DNA of 64,000 nt from Candidatus Latescibacterota bacterium (GTDB lineage: Bacteria; Latescibacterota; UBA2968; UBA8231). The DNA lies in assembly GCA_965248265.1 (NCBI GenBank), contig CBDFJF010000001.1:992001-1056000 (forward strand). Direction: 5' to 3'. The notes below the pieces were generated by a model that saw only the letters and a program-made list of their open reading frames with translations, was not told the origin of the DNA and made no database searches. The position numbers and the translations under genes were made by a program. Positions 37,722-47,210 of this stretch are shown in pieces (the first letter of the stretch is position 1; each line of letters opens with the position of its first letter).

Positions 37722-38591
37722 TCAAGCAGCAAGTTTGGTTGAATGCTGCTCGAATGCTGCGGGTGTTGCGTAATCCAGGGTGGAATGACTCCTTTCTCGA
37801 TTGTAAAAAATCTCGATGTAGTCGAACAGGCTGCGATACGCGGCCCGGTAGTTGAGCCAGTGTTCGTGGTAGGTCAACTCGGTCTTGAGCAGATGGAAGA
37901 AGGACTCAGCCACGGCGTTATCCCAGCAGTCGCCCTTACGGCTCATACTCTGCACAAAGCCGTGTTTGCTGACCCAGTTAGTGAACGCGGTGCAGGCGTA
38001 TTGAACGCCGCGATCGGAATGGATGATCAGACCCCTCGGCGGACGACGTTGAGCTACAGCCCGCTGCAGCGCGACCAGCGCCACGCGGTGATCCAGTGCC
38101 GAGCTCAACGCCCAACCCACCACGCGCCTGGAGTACAGGTCGATGACGACGACCAAATACAACCAGCCGCGACCGACGCTGAGGTAGGTCAGGTCGCTGA
38201 CCCACACTTGATTGGGGCGCTGTGCGGTGAAATCGCGCTGCAAACGGTTCGGCGCCACCGCAAATCGATGTTGCGAGTTGGTCGTCACCTTGAAACGGCG
38301 TCGCACAATCGAACGCAGACCCAACACACGCATGCGCCGTGCAACGCGATTCTCGCCCACCTGCCAGCCTCCGTCTATCAGGGCGCGGGTGATCTTTGGG
38401 CTACCGGAGCGCCGCTTGCTGGCTTCAAACAACTTGTTGATCTCGACATCCAGTCGCCGAGTCTGCTCAGCTCGAGGACTGATCGGGCGCTGCTGCCAGG
38501 CGTAGAAACCGCTACGCGACACCCGCAGCACGCGACACAACATAGTGACCGGGTACATCGCCTTCTCCACCTCGATGAAGCGATACCTCAT
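37722..38591 (-). CDS. IS3 transposase OrfB (DDE)
   Basis: WVSDLTY, DLYSRRVVGW, HSDRGVQY, SRKGDCWDNAVAESFF. Confidence 0.93.
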   Translation of the reverse strand: MRYRFIEVEKAMYPVTMLCRVLRVSRSGFYAWQQRPISPRAEQTRRLDVEINKLFEASKRRSGSPKITRALIDGGWQVGENRVARRMRVLGLRSIVRRRFKVTTNSQHRFAVAPNRLQRDFTAQRPNQVWVSDLTYLSVGRGWLYLVVVIDLYSRRVVGWALSSALDHRVALVALQRAVAQRRPPRGLIIHSDRGVQYACTAFTNWVSKHGFVQSMSRKGDCWDNAVAESFFHLLKTELTYHEHWLNYRAAYRSLFDYIEIFYNRERSHSTLDYATPAAFEQHSTKLAA

Positions 38592-38875
38592 CTGGACTCG
38601 TTGGCGAAGAAGGCCGCCGCCTTTTTTAGGATATCTCGTTCCTGGGACACCCGCGCCAGCTCACGCCGCAAACGGCGGACCTCCTCGTCGTGATCACCTA
38701 AATGGCCGGTACCTGGGAAGGCTTCATCTCCTTGGACCTTCAATTCTCTCTTCCAACGACTGATAATGCCTGCACTTAAACCCAATCGTTGCTCGACCCC
38801 TCGGGCCGATACCCCTTCTTCTGCGGCCAGGCGAATGGCCTCGAGCTTAAACTCACGATCATACTTGCGTGACAT
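38588..38875 (-). CDS. IS3 transposase OrfA, with an A-AAA-AAG -1 frameshift site at 38621-38627
   Basis: RKYDREFKLEAI..ERDILKKAAAFF; a -1 slip reads in frame into OrfB. Confidence 0.9.
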   Translation of the reverse strand: MSRKYDREFKLEAIRLAAEEGVSARGVEQRLGLSAGIISRWKRELKVQGDEAFPGTGHLGDHDEEVRRLRRELARVSQERDILKKAAAFFANESR

Positions 38876-39092
38876 AAGAACACCTCCTGCCAGAAATTTA
38901 ACTTGGCGCTTCGAGGTGTCCACTCTCTTGGGGAAGTATCACCCGCAAACGACGCAACATGCGCACCTACATGACTGAACCTTGTTGGCAGCACATACAG
39001 TTCGTGCGACTCGGGTCGTCGACGGAAGTGGCGGCATTCTCGTGCGCCCATGGGCTCAAGAGGCTCGCTGACCGATAAACTGGGAAGGCTAC

Positions 39093-39791
39093 ATGCAACG
39101 CATTTTCCCTAAACTCTATCGCTTTATTGAAGAACCACATCACAAGGGAAGGAAATTCTTCTACTTGATAGTGCGTAAACAGGGAAACTTGCTGATCGGC
39201 CACCTCGGATCTTCAATACGCGATCACTTCGATGACATTGAGAAACTAGGAGGCGTGCATGCACAATTCATCACACACGTCCATGAAGCCGATCCCGTCC
39301 TGCATGACGAAATCCACGCCCTCTTCGGCGCTAAGCTCTGCTATCACAGAGCCGCGCGGAAGCTAGTGCGTGAGGTGTCGGAATGCCCCGAGATAGTCTT
39401 CGACAACGACGGTTTGCAGGTTGACGATGACTTTGAGGCTCTGTTCTTCCCGTTTCACACGCCCGGTCACAGCATCTTTCGCTGGCGGTATCGCGGAAAA
39501 CACTTCCTGTTTACTGGCCACGTCGTGAGCATGGTGAATGGCAGGTGGGAGTTGTGGTTCAATCCCACTAAGGCGCCGAAGTTACGCGGCGAATACGAAA
39601 GCCTGGCTGTGGCTGACTACGTGTTGCCGACACGATCGCCGTATGGGCAAGAAGAGTTCCACCGCTTCAATGAGTACACGAGGTCGGCGTTTTCCGAGGC
39701 GTTGAATTTAGCCTGGGAGGTCCCTCATCCGTACCACCGAATAGTGGCGAAGATCACCAAAGCACCTCGAGCCAAAAAGAAGAAAGTGTGA
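39093..39791 (+). CDS. Metallo-beta-lactamase-fold protein
   Basis: ITHVHEAD, HTPGHS, LFTGH. Confidence 0.75.
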   Translation: MQRIFPKLYRFIEEPHHKGRKFFYLIVRKQGNLLIGHLGSSIRDHFDDIEKLGGVHAQFITHVHEADPVLHDEIHALFGAKLCYHRAARKLVREVSECPEIVFDNDGLQVDDDFEALFFPFHTPGHSIFRWRYRGKHFLFTGHVVSMVNGRWELWFNPTKAPKLRGEYESLAVADYVLPTRSPYGQEEFHRFNEYTRSAFSEALNLAWEVPHPYHRIVAKITKAPRAKKKKV

Positions 39792-39830
39792 TACACCCGG
39801 CTCTCGTCTCGATACGCATGCGGCGCCTTC

Positions 39831-39916
39831 GGCTAACAACTGGTTTCGGCTATGGCGGCTACGCCGCCTTGACCTTCGGCAGCTACTTCGCAGCGGTAAC
39901 CGCCAGCCCGTTTCGA
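39831..39916 (+). other. Degenerate attC-like site, same family as 19485-19576
   Basis: GCTAACAACTGGTTT start, GGCGGC-TAC-GCCGCC hairpin, CTTCGCAG; the right end is decayed. Confidence 0.5.
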
Positions 39917-39927
39917 TGGACTCTGTC

Positions 39928-40089
39928 ATGACATCTGATTTCGTTGATGCACGCACATTCATCGGAAAGACCGTCGAGGTCAAGATTGATCGCCCGCTCG
40001 GGTCAAGGCATCCAGAATCTGGGCTCGTGTATCCGGTCAATTATGGTTTTCTCCCCAACGTGAATATCAAGCCGGGAGGGGTTCGATGA
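39928..40089 (+). pseudogene. Truncated inorganic pyrophosphatase N-terminus
   Basis: IGKTVEVKIDRPLGSRHP..YPVNYGFLPN, then a stop after 53 aa. Confidence 0.7.
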
Positions 40090-40421
40090 AGGTTCTGAAC
40101 ACGTGGTTACTCTACTATGTACACGATATGAATCGGGCAAAGGACTTCTACATGAAATCCTTTCACGTCGAACCCTTGAAGGAGACAGATGGTTGGACGG
40201 AACTAGATTTCGGATCAATCGTATTGGCGTTACACACGCTGCCCGCGCACCGAGCGAGTACTATGCCTCACGCTGGGTTAATCGTTCAAGTAACTGACCT
40301 AGACGAGGTTCGAGGAGACATAGAGCGCTACGGAGGACACCTGGTCGAAAAACGGGATCCGAAGTATCTCTGCTTTGAAGATTCCGAGGGCAATGGCTTT
40401 GAACTTTGTTCGCCCGAGTAG
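40086..40421 (+). CDS. VOC/glyoxalase family protein
   Basis: YVHDMNRAKDFY, LDFGSIVLALH, FEDSEGN; paralog of 19604-19954. Confidence 0.85.
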   Translation: MKVLNTWLLYYVHDMNRAKDFYMKSFHVEPLKETDGWTELDFGSIVLALHTLPAHRASTMPHAGLIVQVTDLDEVRGDIERYGGHLVEKRDPKYLCFEDSEGNGFELCSPE

Positions 40422-40539
40422 GATCGCGGCAGATGACCAATTGAGCCCAAAAGTGAATTTTTCACAGCAAGGCGCGCAGATTTCTTTTTATCTATGGGAA
40501 ACTTCGGTGAAACTTCGCGTTACCTGTTAGGAGCCTGCT

Positions 40540-41253
40540 GTGAAATACACACTCATCCTGCTCTTCGCCCTCGCCGTCGGTCTGCTGAACAATGGCTGCG
40601 GTGGCGCTTCCGACGCCAGGCCGACCCGCCCCTCATCGGTCGATACAAGCAACTATGATGGCGGCCAAGCCTCGGGAGGGAGCTCGACGTTCTCCATCAC
40701 CGACCGCACGGGCAAAACCTGGGACGTGACCCACGCTTTTGAGAAATACGGCTTTATCCCGCAATCCTTCCAATACGGCCTGGGTCCCTTTGCGATAACT
40801 CCCATCAACAACCCGCAGATGCTTTCTCCGGGGGACTCCGGTTATCCTCAGGACAGCGATTCCTTCACCATCTTGGGCACCACGCTCAATGGTTTTACGC
40901 GCGCTTATCCAATATGGGTCATGAGCCGGCACGAAGTGGCCAACGAACGCTTCGGGCAGGGCCACGTCGCGGTCGCCTACTGACCGCTGGTGAATCTGGC
41001 TGCCGTGTACAGCCGCGAAATCGACGGAAAAGTTCTGACCCTCAGCGCCAGTGGCTGGACCTACCGCTGGACCTTCGTGCTCTTCGACTACGAGACCGAA
41101 AGCCTGTGGTACCATCTGGAGGGCGAAGACGGCCTGACCAGCATTAGTGGTTTCTACGCGGACCGCAAACTGCCCGAACTGGAATCGACCTTCACCCGCT
41201 GGGATGCGTGGAAGAGGCAGAACCGGGATACCCAGTTGCTCAAGTATCCCTGA
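40540..41253 (+). CDS. DUF3179-family lipoprotein with an in-frame UGA (probable selenocysteine)
   Basis: Two ORF-track pieces share a frame across TGA 40981-40983: RAYPIWVMSRHEVANE..VAY-U-PLVN..LFDYETESLW. Confidence 0.8.
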
Positions 41254-41347
41254 TCCTGCGGGCTGATTCCCGGCGTTCGTCGCCGTCGATGTCCCGCTCC
41301 GCCGCAAAGGCTCCAGCAGGTCGGCCCTATCTGCGTTCTATTGGATG

Positions 41348-42007
41348 TTACTCTGCTTTCTCACGGAAGTAGTGGCGTATCTTCGGGTCGCGGAATCGCG
41401 CCACGCTGTTGTGGCCCCAGACCGCCAGGCCAATGCCACCTTTCGGAGCGGTGTCGAGGGTGAGCCGATTCACGAGTCGACCGTCGATGTAGGTGGTGAT
41501 GGAGTTGCCGCGGACGGCAAGAACGACGTCATACTCATGGTCGCGCTCGAAAACGTGATTGACGACATCGAGCTTCGTGTGGTCCGGAGCCATAATGGCT
41601 GCCGTCTGCCACCCCAATAAGGGCGCGAAGTGGTAGTCCTGGTTGTCGTGGATGTTAAACCAGAGCTGGGCTGATCCGCCTTTGACTATGGTCATCTGTA
41701 CCTTCAACTCGAAGGATCGCCAGGTTTCGTCGCCCTTAACGATGCGGGCCCGGTAACCGCCGCCTGCATCGGCCATGATGGTGTCCCCCTCCCGTGACCA
41801 CGCAGCCGGCGTCCATGGATCGCCATTCACGTCCCATCCGTCCAGACCTTCGCCCACCAGGAGCGATTCCCATTTTATCACGCCCTGCGACCCGCCCATG
41901 TCTGTCCGCCCGTAGTCGTTCTCGGGGCCGGGCTCCTCAGCGCCCGCGAACGCGACCATCGCTACGAGGCCCATCAGGGCGATTCCAGTCATCCATGCGA
42001 AGCTCAT
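41348..42007 (-). CDS. DUF1080 (3-keto-disaccharide hydrolase-like) secreted protein
   Basis: WESLL..GLDGW, FELKVQ, GGIGL, RFRDPKIR. Confidence 0.75.
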   Translation of the reverse strand: MSFAWMTGIALMGLVAMVAFAGAEEPGPENDYGRTDMGGSQGVIKWESLLVGEGLDGWDVNGDPWTPAAWSREGDTIMADAGGGYRARIVKGDETWRSFELKVQMTIVKGGSAQLWFNIHDNQDYHFAPLLGWQTAAIMAPDHTKLDVVNHVFERDHEYDVVLAVRGNSITTYIDGRLVNRLTLDTAPKGGIGLAVWGHNSVARFRDPKIRHYFREKAE

Positions 42008-42119
42008 TCACGCCTCCCTTGCAGGTTACGGCCCTACACGAAGGGCCAGATTGGACGCGGGCTCGGAAAATGCTCCCCTTTGTCCTCGTCCGGTACGCGT
42101 TGGTAGTTGGTGGTCGGTA

Positions 42120-42310
42120 TCACAAATCGAGTTCGCAGGGAACACCGACGCTGATGCACGCGATGGCGTCCTCGCGATCGGGGCGTCGCACGATGAGTTC
42201 AACGCAGGTTGCTTCATCTACCCAGAAGCCTCCTGCAAACACGAACCAAGCGTGAGTTGCCTGGCAAGCTGGCACGATGAATCGTTGCACCGGCTCGTCG
42301 CGGTCGCCCC
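42120..42310 (-). pseudogene. C-terminal fragment of an uncharacterised protein
   Basis: WFVFAGGFWVDEATCVELIVR..ISVGVPC reads like a protein C-terminus; no convincing start. Confidence 0.35.
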
Positions 42311-42404
42311 AATGGATTCGAGTGGTAGATTTCCGATCCGATGCTCGCAAGAAATGGTTCATTCAGCCTATATTCGCCGCATTCACAATTGGAGTGAGGT
42401 CGAT

Positions 42405-42908
42405 ATGTATTCGGTAAATGATCCACCTGCAGTCATCGATATCGAAGCTTCTGGCTTTGGTACAGAGGCTTATCCCATAGAGATCGGCGTCGCCCTGTCC
42501 ACCGGCGAGACCTTCTGTTCGCTAATCCAGCCTGAACCTGAATGGGAATACTGGGACGATGAGGCGGAAAAAGTCCATCGTGTACCCCGCGACCTTCTCG
42601 AACTTTACGGTCGTCCCATCAATGATGTCACTGACGAACTCAATCAATTGATGGTCGGCCAGACGGCCTTCAGCGATGGCTGGGAAGTGGACAAGCCTTG
42701 GCTCTCGCAATTGTTCTGGGCTGCGAAGACCGAAATGCTCTTCGGTCTGAGCGCGCTCGACTTCATTCTATCCGACACGCAGATGCAGCACTGGCATGCG
42801 ACAAAAGACAAGGTAATCGAAGAAATGAACCTAAAACGCCATCGTGCCAGCCTCGACGCCGTCGTAATTCAGACGACCTACATGCGTACCCGAAGTCTGA
42901 CCTCCTGA
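42405..42908 (+). CDS. Small DEDDh exonuclease-like protein
   Basis: VIDIEASG..YPIEIG, SDGWEVD, HRASLDA; SD GAGG before ATG 42405. Confidence 0.8.
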   Translation: MYSVNDPPAVIDIEASGFGTEAYPIEIGVALSTGETFCSLIQPEPEWEYWDDEAEKVHRVPRDLLELYGRPINDVTDELNQLMVGQTAFSDGWEVDKPWLSQLFWAAKTEMLFGLSALDFILSDTQMQHWHATKDKVIEEMNLKRHRASLDAVVIQTTYMRTRSLTS

Positions 42909-43066
42909 CGAACTATCACCTTGCTCCTGAGGACAGATCAATCCTGCACGGCCACTACGGCCAATCAATCCCTAGTTTGCTGCAGGCCCGCCCCTTGCCA
43001 GGCTTCCTCGCTGAGGGTGATTTCCCAGAAGTCAGGGTTGAACTTGGACACGCAGGTCGACCCGGG

Positions 43067-44596
43067 CTACCAGTCTTCTGGCGCAATGTGGGCCTTGTCT
43101 TCTTCGACAAGCTCGTATTCATCGATACCAAGGAATGCATCCCCCAAACGCGATTCCGGAAACTCAGTCATCACCAAACCCCTTGCCGCCATGTGCTGCG
43201 ATTCCCGTGGTCGCGCCATACCGTCCAGCAGGAACTCCACCGGTTCCAGAGATCCCGTTCCCGCGTAGATGAGTCCGGCCGAGAAATAGCATGCAGCCAA
43301 TGGCTTGTTGTGTTTCTTGCCACGCACAGGCCGGTTGCGCAGAGCGACGGCTCGATCGCGGATCTCGCCAAACACATCACTCCGTCCGGTACCCAGATAG
43401 ACAGTTCCCAGGGCACGGATCGCGGCACGTGACGTTTCGGGTTCGTCGGCCAACCGCAGGCAGATTCGTCGCAGAGACTCATCGCTGTGGGACCTGGCAG
43501 CCATGCCCACGCCACGCACAGCCGCAGCACGAACCGCACCGTTTTTCGCATTGCACAAATCTGCCAGCAAACTGATCGTATCCTCGCGGTCCTGATGCAT
43601 CACCAACCGTCCCAGACACACGGCCGCAACTCGTTGCGTAGCCACATCGCCGCTGACAGCCAGTTTGCTGAGCGGATCCAGGCAGTCGTCGAGGTTGGCG
43701 CCGACAAAGCACCTGGGCGCCACCCTCATCATGGCATGAATAGCGCCATGCCCTTGACGCACCTCCAGCATACGCAAAAACGGCTTCATCCCCCGACCGG
43801 CGCCCGCCGTCGACAACCCCTCGACGGCGCCTTTGTGTCGCCCGGGTCGCATCCAACCGCGTCCGACCTCTTCCGGAAACTCATCCGGAATCAACATGTG
43901 AGCCAGCAAGTCCTCGTACATGCGGTCGAACCAGACCTCCTCTGCGCCCATTACAAGATGCCCCACTTTGTCTTCGTCTACCTCGAAGTCGACAATGTTT
44001 CGTTCCCAGTCGCGCTCCGGCTTCACAGCAAGCCGATAGGTTTCCTCCGTTGGTGCACCCTGGTACAACAGTGTGATCGCTGAGATACGAAGATTGGTGC
44101 CGATGGCCGGTGTTTCGGCTGCCACTTCCAGGATTTCGCGCAACACCGCGTCGCTGGCCTGCCCGCGTGCCGCTTGACTGAGGGCGACGACCGCTTGCCT
44201 GCGGACAAACTGGTTATTGCTCTGCAGATACGGCTGCAGAGTCTGTAGAATGAGTTCCCAACCCGACCCGGTGACGGCCGCCCCGACTAGCCTCACGGCA
44301 CGATCCCTCAGGAACGAGTCCGGGTGCTGGGTGAAATACGTGAGTGTTTCCAATGCTTGTGCCCCGCGTCCCTCGAAGACATCACGGGCCACGCGCACCG
44401 CCTGGTGCCGGGTGGCCGCCTTGGCGAGGTAGGGATACAGGTAGTCCAGGGCACGTGGATCCCCTGTGCGGCCAAACCGTGCGGTGACATAATGGAGCCA
44501 GACGGAATCAACCAGGCCTTGTCGGCTGATTACGTTCCAGTTGGCTGATCGCTCTTCCAGGGTTCTCCACAGGTCGCTCATATCCAAATCCCGCAA
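43067..44596 (-). CDS. Alpha-solenoid HEAT/PC-repeat-like protein
   Basis: FVRRQAVVAL, AVRAAAVRGVGMA, ALGTVYLGTG, AGLIYAGTGS. Confidence 0.75.
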   Translation of the reverse strand: MRDLDMSDLWRTLEERSANWNVISRQGLVDSVWLHYVTARFGRTGDPRALDYLYPYLAKAATRHQAVRVARDVFEGRGAQALETLTYFTQHPDSFLRDRAVRLVGAAVTGSGWELILQTLQPYLQSNNQFVRRQAVVALSQAARGQASDAVLREILEVAAETPAIGTNLRISAITLLYQGAPTEETYRLAVKPERDWERNIVDFEVDEDKVGHLVMGAEEVWFDRMYEDLLAHMLIPDEFPEEVGRGWMRPGRHKGAVEGLSTAGAGRGMKPFLRMLEVRQGHGAIHAMMRVAPRCFVGANLDDCLDPLSKLAVSGDVATQRVAAVCLGRLVMHQDREDTISLLADLCNAKNGAVRAAAVRGVGMAARSHSDESLRRICLRLADEPETSRAAIRALGTVYLGTGRSDVFGEIRDRAVALRNRPVRGKKHNKPLAACYFSAGLIYAGTGSLEPVEFLLDGMARPRESQHMAARGLVMTEFPESRLGDAFLGIDEYELVEEDKAHIAPEDW

Positions 44597-45096
44597 AAGT
44601 CATGTGTACGTGGCTTGCCCTTCCACGCAAAGGGGGCGCTCGGACCACAGCCGCGATCGCCGTTCCATCCGCAGGAGGCCCGCCACGTACACGGTTGAAG
44701 TTAACAACCGCCAGTTGCTACACTGTAACACACTTTCACAGGCACTTTGAGAGAACACATTTTGCCTATCGACGGGAACCAGTCAAAAACCCGATGCGCC
44801 CCGGGAGGACAGCTGGTCGTCGCGGCATCCAAGGGGCCATCGTAACGTGAACACCCGTCGTTCCCTGAATCCATGCTCACCTGAATGCTCTCCTGAGTCG
44901 CCTCTGCCCGTCGGTGACTGCGCCCTTGCGCGAGATCTCTTGAAAGGAATGACGGGCATCCATATCATGCACTGACAGCCTGTCACTGTTTAGAGGTGCC
45001 GGTATCCCCGGCTGCCAACGCAGGGAAACCCAGCTCCAATCCCAACATTGGAGTCGGCGCTCTCGCTTATGGGCCCTGAGGATCGCATGACCAACG

Positions 45097-46707
45097 ATGA
45101 TTGAGCCGGAAGTCGATGTGCGAGGAGCGCACATCCTGGTGGTGGACGACACGCCGTCCAACCTGCGCGTGCTGTTCCGAACCCTGGAGGCGGCGGGCTA
45201 CGAGGTGACGGTCGCTGACTCGGGCAAGATGGCCCTCGAACAGGTGGTGCGCCTCCGGCCCGACCTGATCCTGCTGGATGTCATGTTGCCCGGAGTGAAC
45301 GGATTCGAAGTCTGCCGGCGCCTGAAGCAGGACAAGACGATGGCGGCCATCCCCATCCTGTTCCTCACTGCCCGGGACGCTGCCGCCGACGTCGTCGAGG
45401 GATTCCGCGCCGGCGGCATCGACTACATGGTCAAGCCCTTCCGCATGCAGGAGGTGCTGGCCCGTGTCCGCTCGCAGCTGGAGAGGGTGCGGTTGATGGG
45501 CGAGGTCGTGTCGAAGAATGCGGAGCTGGAAGAGCAGGCCCGCCAGTTGGTGGAGCAGAACCGCGCCCTCCAGGAGGAAATCGCGCGGACCAAGCGCCTC
45601 GCGAGCGAGCGCGATGAGTTGGCTGACCGACTGTCTCACCTCTCACAGCTGGAGGTGGAGCGCCACGGGGTGGCAGGCTTCATCGGGCGGAGCCCGGCCG
45701 TCCAGGCCGTGCTCGAGGAAATCGACCTGCTGCGGCAGGCGCACACCGTCTCGGTGCTGGTCACCGGCGAGAGCGGCACGGGAAAGGAGTGGATCGCCCG
45801 GGCCATCCACTCCGGCGGCTCGCGCGCGGAGGGACCCTTCGTGGCGGTCAACTGCGCCGCCATCCCCACCGATCTGGCCGAGTCGAGCTTCTTCGGACAC
45901 AATCGCGGGGCTTTTACCGGGGCGTACGATGCCCACCGTGGATACTTCGAGCAGGCCGACGGGGGCACCCTGTTCCTCGACGAGGTCTGCGACCTGCCCC
46001 TGACACTGCAGGCCAAGCTCCTGCGCACACTCGAATCGAGCCGGGTGACGCCCGTGGGCGGGACACAGGAGAGACCGGTGGACGTGCGGATCGTGGCGGC
46101 GACCAACCGCGACGTGACCAGGCGGATCGCAGAGGACCTCTTCCGAGAGGATCTCTATTTCAGGCTGGCGGGGTTCACGGTGGCGCTGCCGCCGTTGCGC
46201 GAGCGGCGAGAGGACATCCCGCTGCTGGTCGACCATTTCCTACAGCAGCTATCGGAAGAGATGGGCCGCGAGTCGCCCGGGATAAGCCGAGAGGCGCTGA
46301 GTTTGCTGGACGGCCATGCGTTCCCGGGGAACGTGCGGGAGCTGAAAAATCTGATCGAGTACGCGCTGATCAAGAGCAAGGGGGCCCTAATCCGGCCGGA
46401 GCACCTGCGGTTCATTGAGTTCCGCAACGGTTTGGAGGGACCGGAGATCACGCGTGGCGGCGAGGATTCGGGCCGCGCTGCCACCGAAGACCGATCCCGG
46501 GCTCCCGAAGAGCGCATCCTCGTCTACGTGAGGGAGCACGGCTCGATCAGCAACGCAGACTGCCGGAATCTGCTGTCCGTGGACCTTCAGCGCGCCTCCT
46601 ATCTGCTGAAGAAGCTGCACGCAGAGGGGGCATTAGAGAAGCACGGAGAGCGGCGTTGGAGCCGCTACCGTCTGCCCTCAGCAGCTTTCGGATCTGAATC
46701 ATATTAG
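45097..46707 (+). CDS. Sigma54-dependent response regulator (REC-coiled coil-AAA+-winged HTH)
   Basis: ILVVDD, LLDVMLP, GESGTGKE, GAFTGA, LFLDEV, FPGNVREL. Confidence 0.93.
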   Translation: MIEPEVDVRGAHILVVDDTPSNLRVLFRTLEAAGYEVTVADSGKMALEQVVRLRPDLILLDVMLPGVNGFEVCRRLKQDKTMAAIPILFLTARDAAADVVEGFRAGGIDYMVKPFRMQEVLARVRSQLERVRLMGEVVSKNAELEEQARQLVEQNRALQEEIARTKRLASERDELADRLSHLSQLEVERHGVAGFIGRSPAVQAVLEEIDLLRQAHTVSVLVTGESGTGKEWIARAIHSGGSRAEGPFVAVNCAAIPTDLAESSFFGHNRGAFTGAYDAHRGYFEQADGGTLFLDEVCDLPLTLQAKLLRTLESSRVTPVGGTQERPVDVRIVAATNRDVTRRIAEDLFREDLYFRLAGFTVALPPLRERREDIPLLVDHFLQQLSEEMGRESPGISREALSLLDGHAFPGNVRELKNLIEYALIKSKGALIRPEHLRFIEFRNGLEGPEITRGGEDSGRAATEDRSRAPEERILVYVREHGSISNADCRNLLSVDLQRASYLLKKLHAEGALEKHGERRWSRYRLPSAAFGSESY

Positions 46708-47151
46708 AGACGATTGGGGGTATCCATTTAACCGGACTATACACTGAGTGTTGTGGTATCAACGCGGATTACCAGCATTTTCAGGAGGCAGACAATATTG
46801 AACCACTCAACGAAATGCTCCTCGACGCGTTCCTGGTAGTTGCTGGAAATTCGCTCGACAAAAAAGCGGCCCATGGCCACAGCCACGTTTCTCAAGCACG
46901 AGATCTCGCCGACTCCTCACAGCAGACGTGATGCCCCACCGCGCCATCCATAGCCATTCCCCCATCAACGCTCGCTCTCACTCAGTCGTGGAAAGGCCAG
47001 CATTGTCGCGCCCGATGGAGTCTTCGCTACACACGGTTGTCAAACAGGCCCTCACCTCGAAGGTCGGCCTGGATTTCGACTAAACACAATACCGACGAGC
47101 ATCGCCTTGGCGATGGCGCATAACGTTCGGGGCGCTGCTACTACCCCGAAC

Positions 47152-47183
47152 AAAAGCCCCGGGCGCCAATCGGCGCCCGGGGC
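47152..47183 (-). terminator. Intrinsic terminator of the Gly-rich lipoprotein gene
   Basis: 12-bp GC stem GCCCCGGGCGCC/GGCGCCCGGGGC followed by TTTT on the minus strand. Confidence 0.75.
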
Positions 47184-47210
47184 CCTGTTACCGCGAATTC
47201 GCGGAAAGAA

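Larger units (their letters stand above)
37694..38941 (-). mobile_element. IS3-family insertion sequence (1248 bp)
   Basis: Terminal IRs TGATACTCCCCCGGAAAAATGGACACC / GGTGTCCACTCTCTTGGGGAAGTATCA; orfA plus orfB. Confidence 0.92.
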
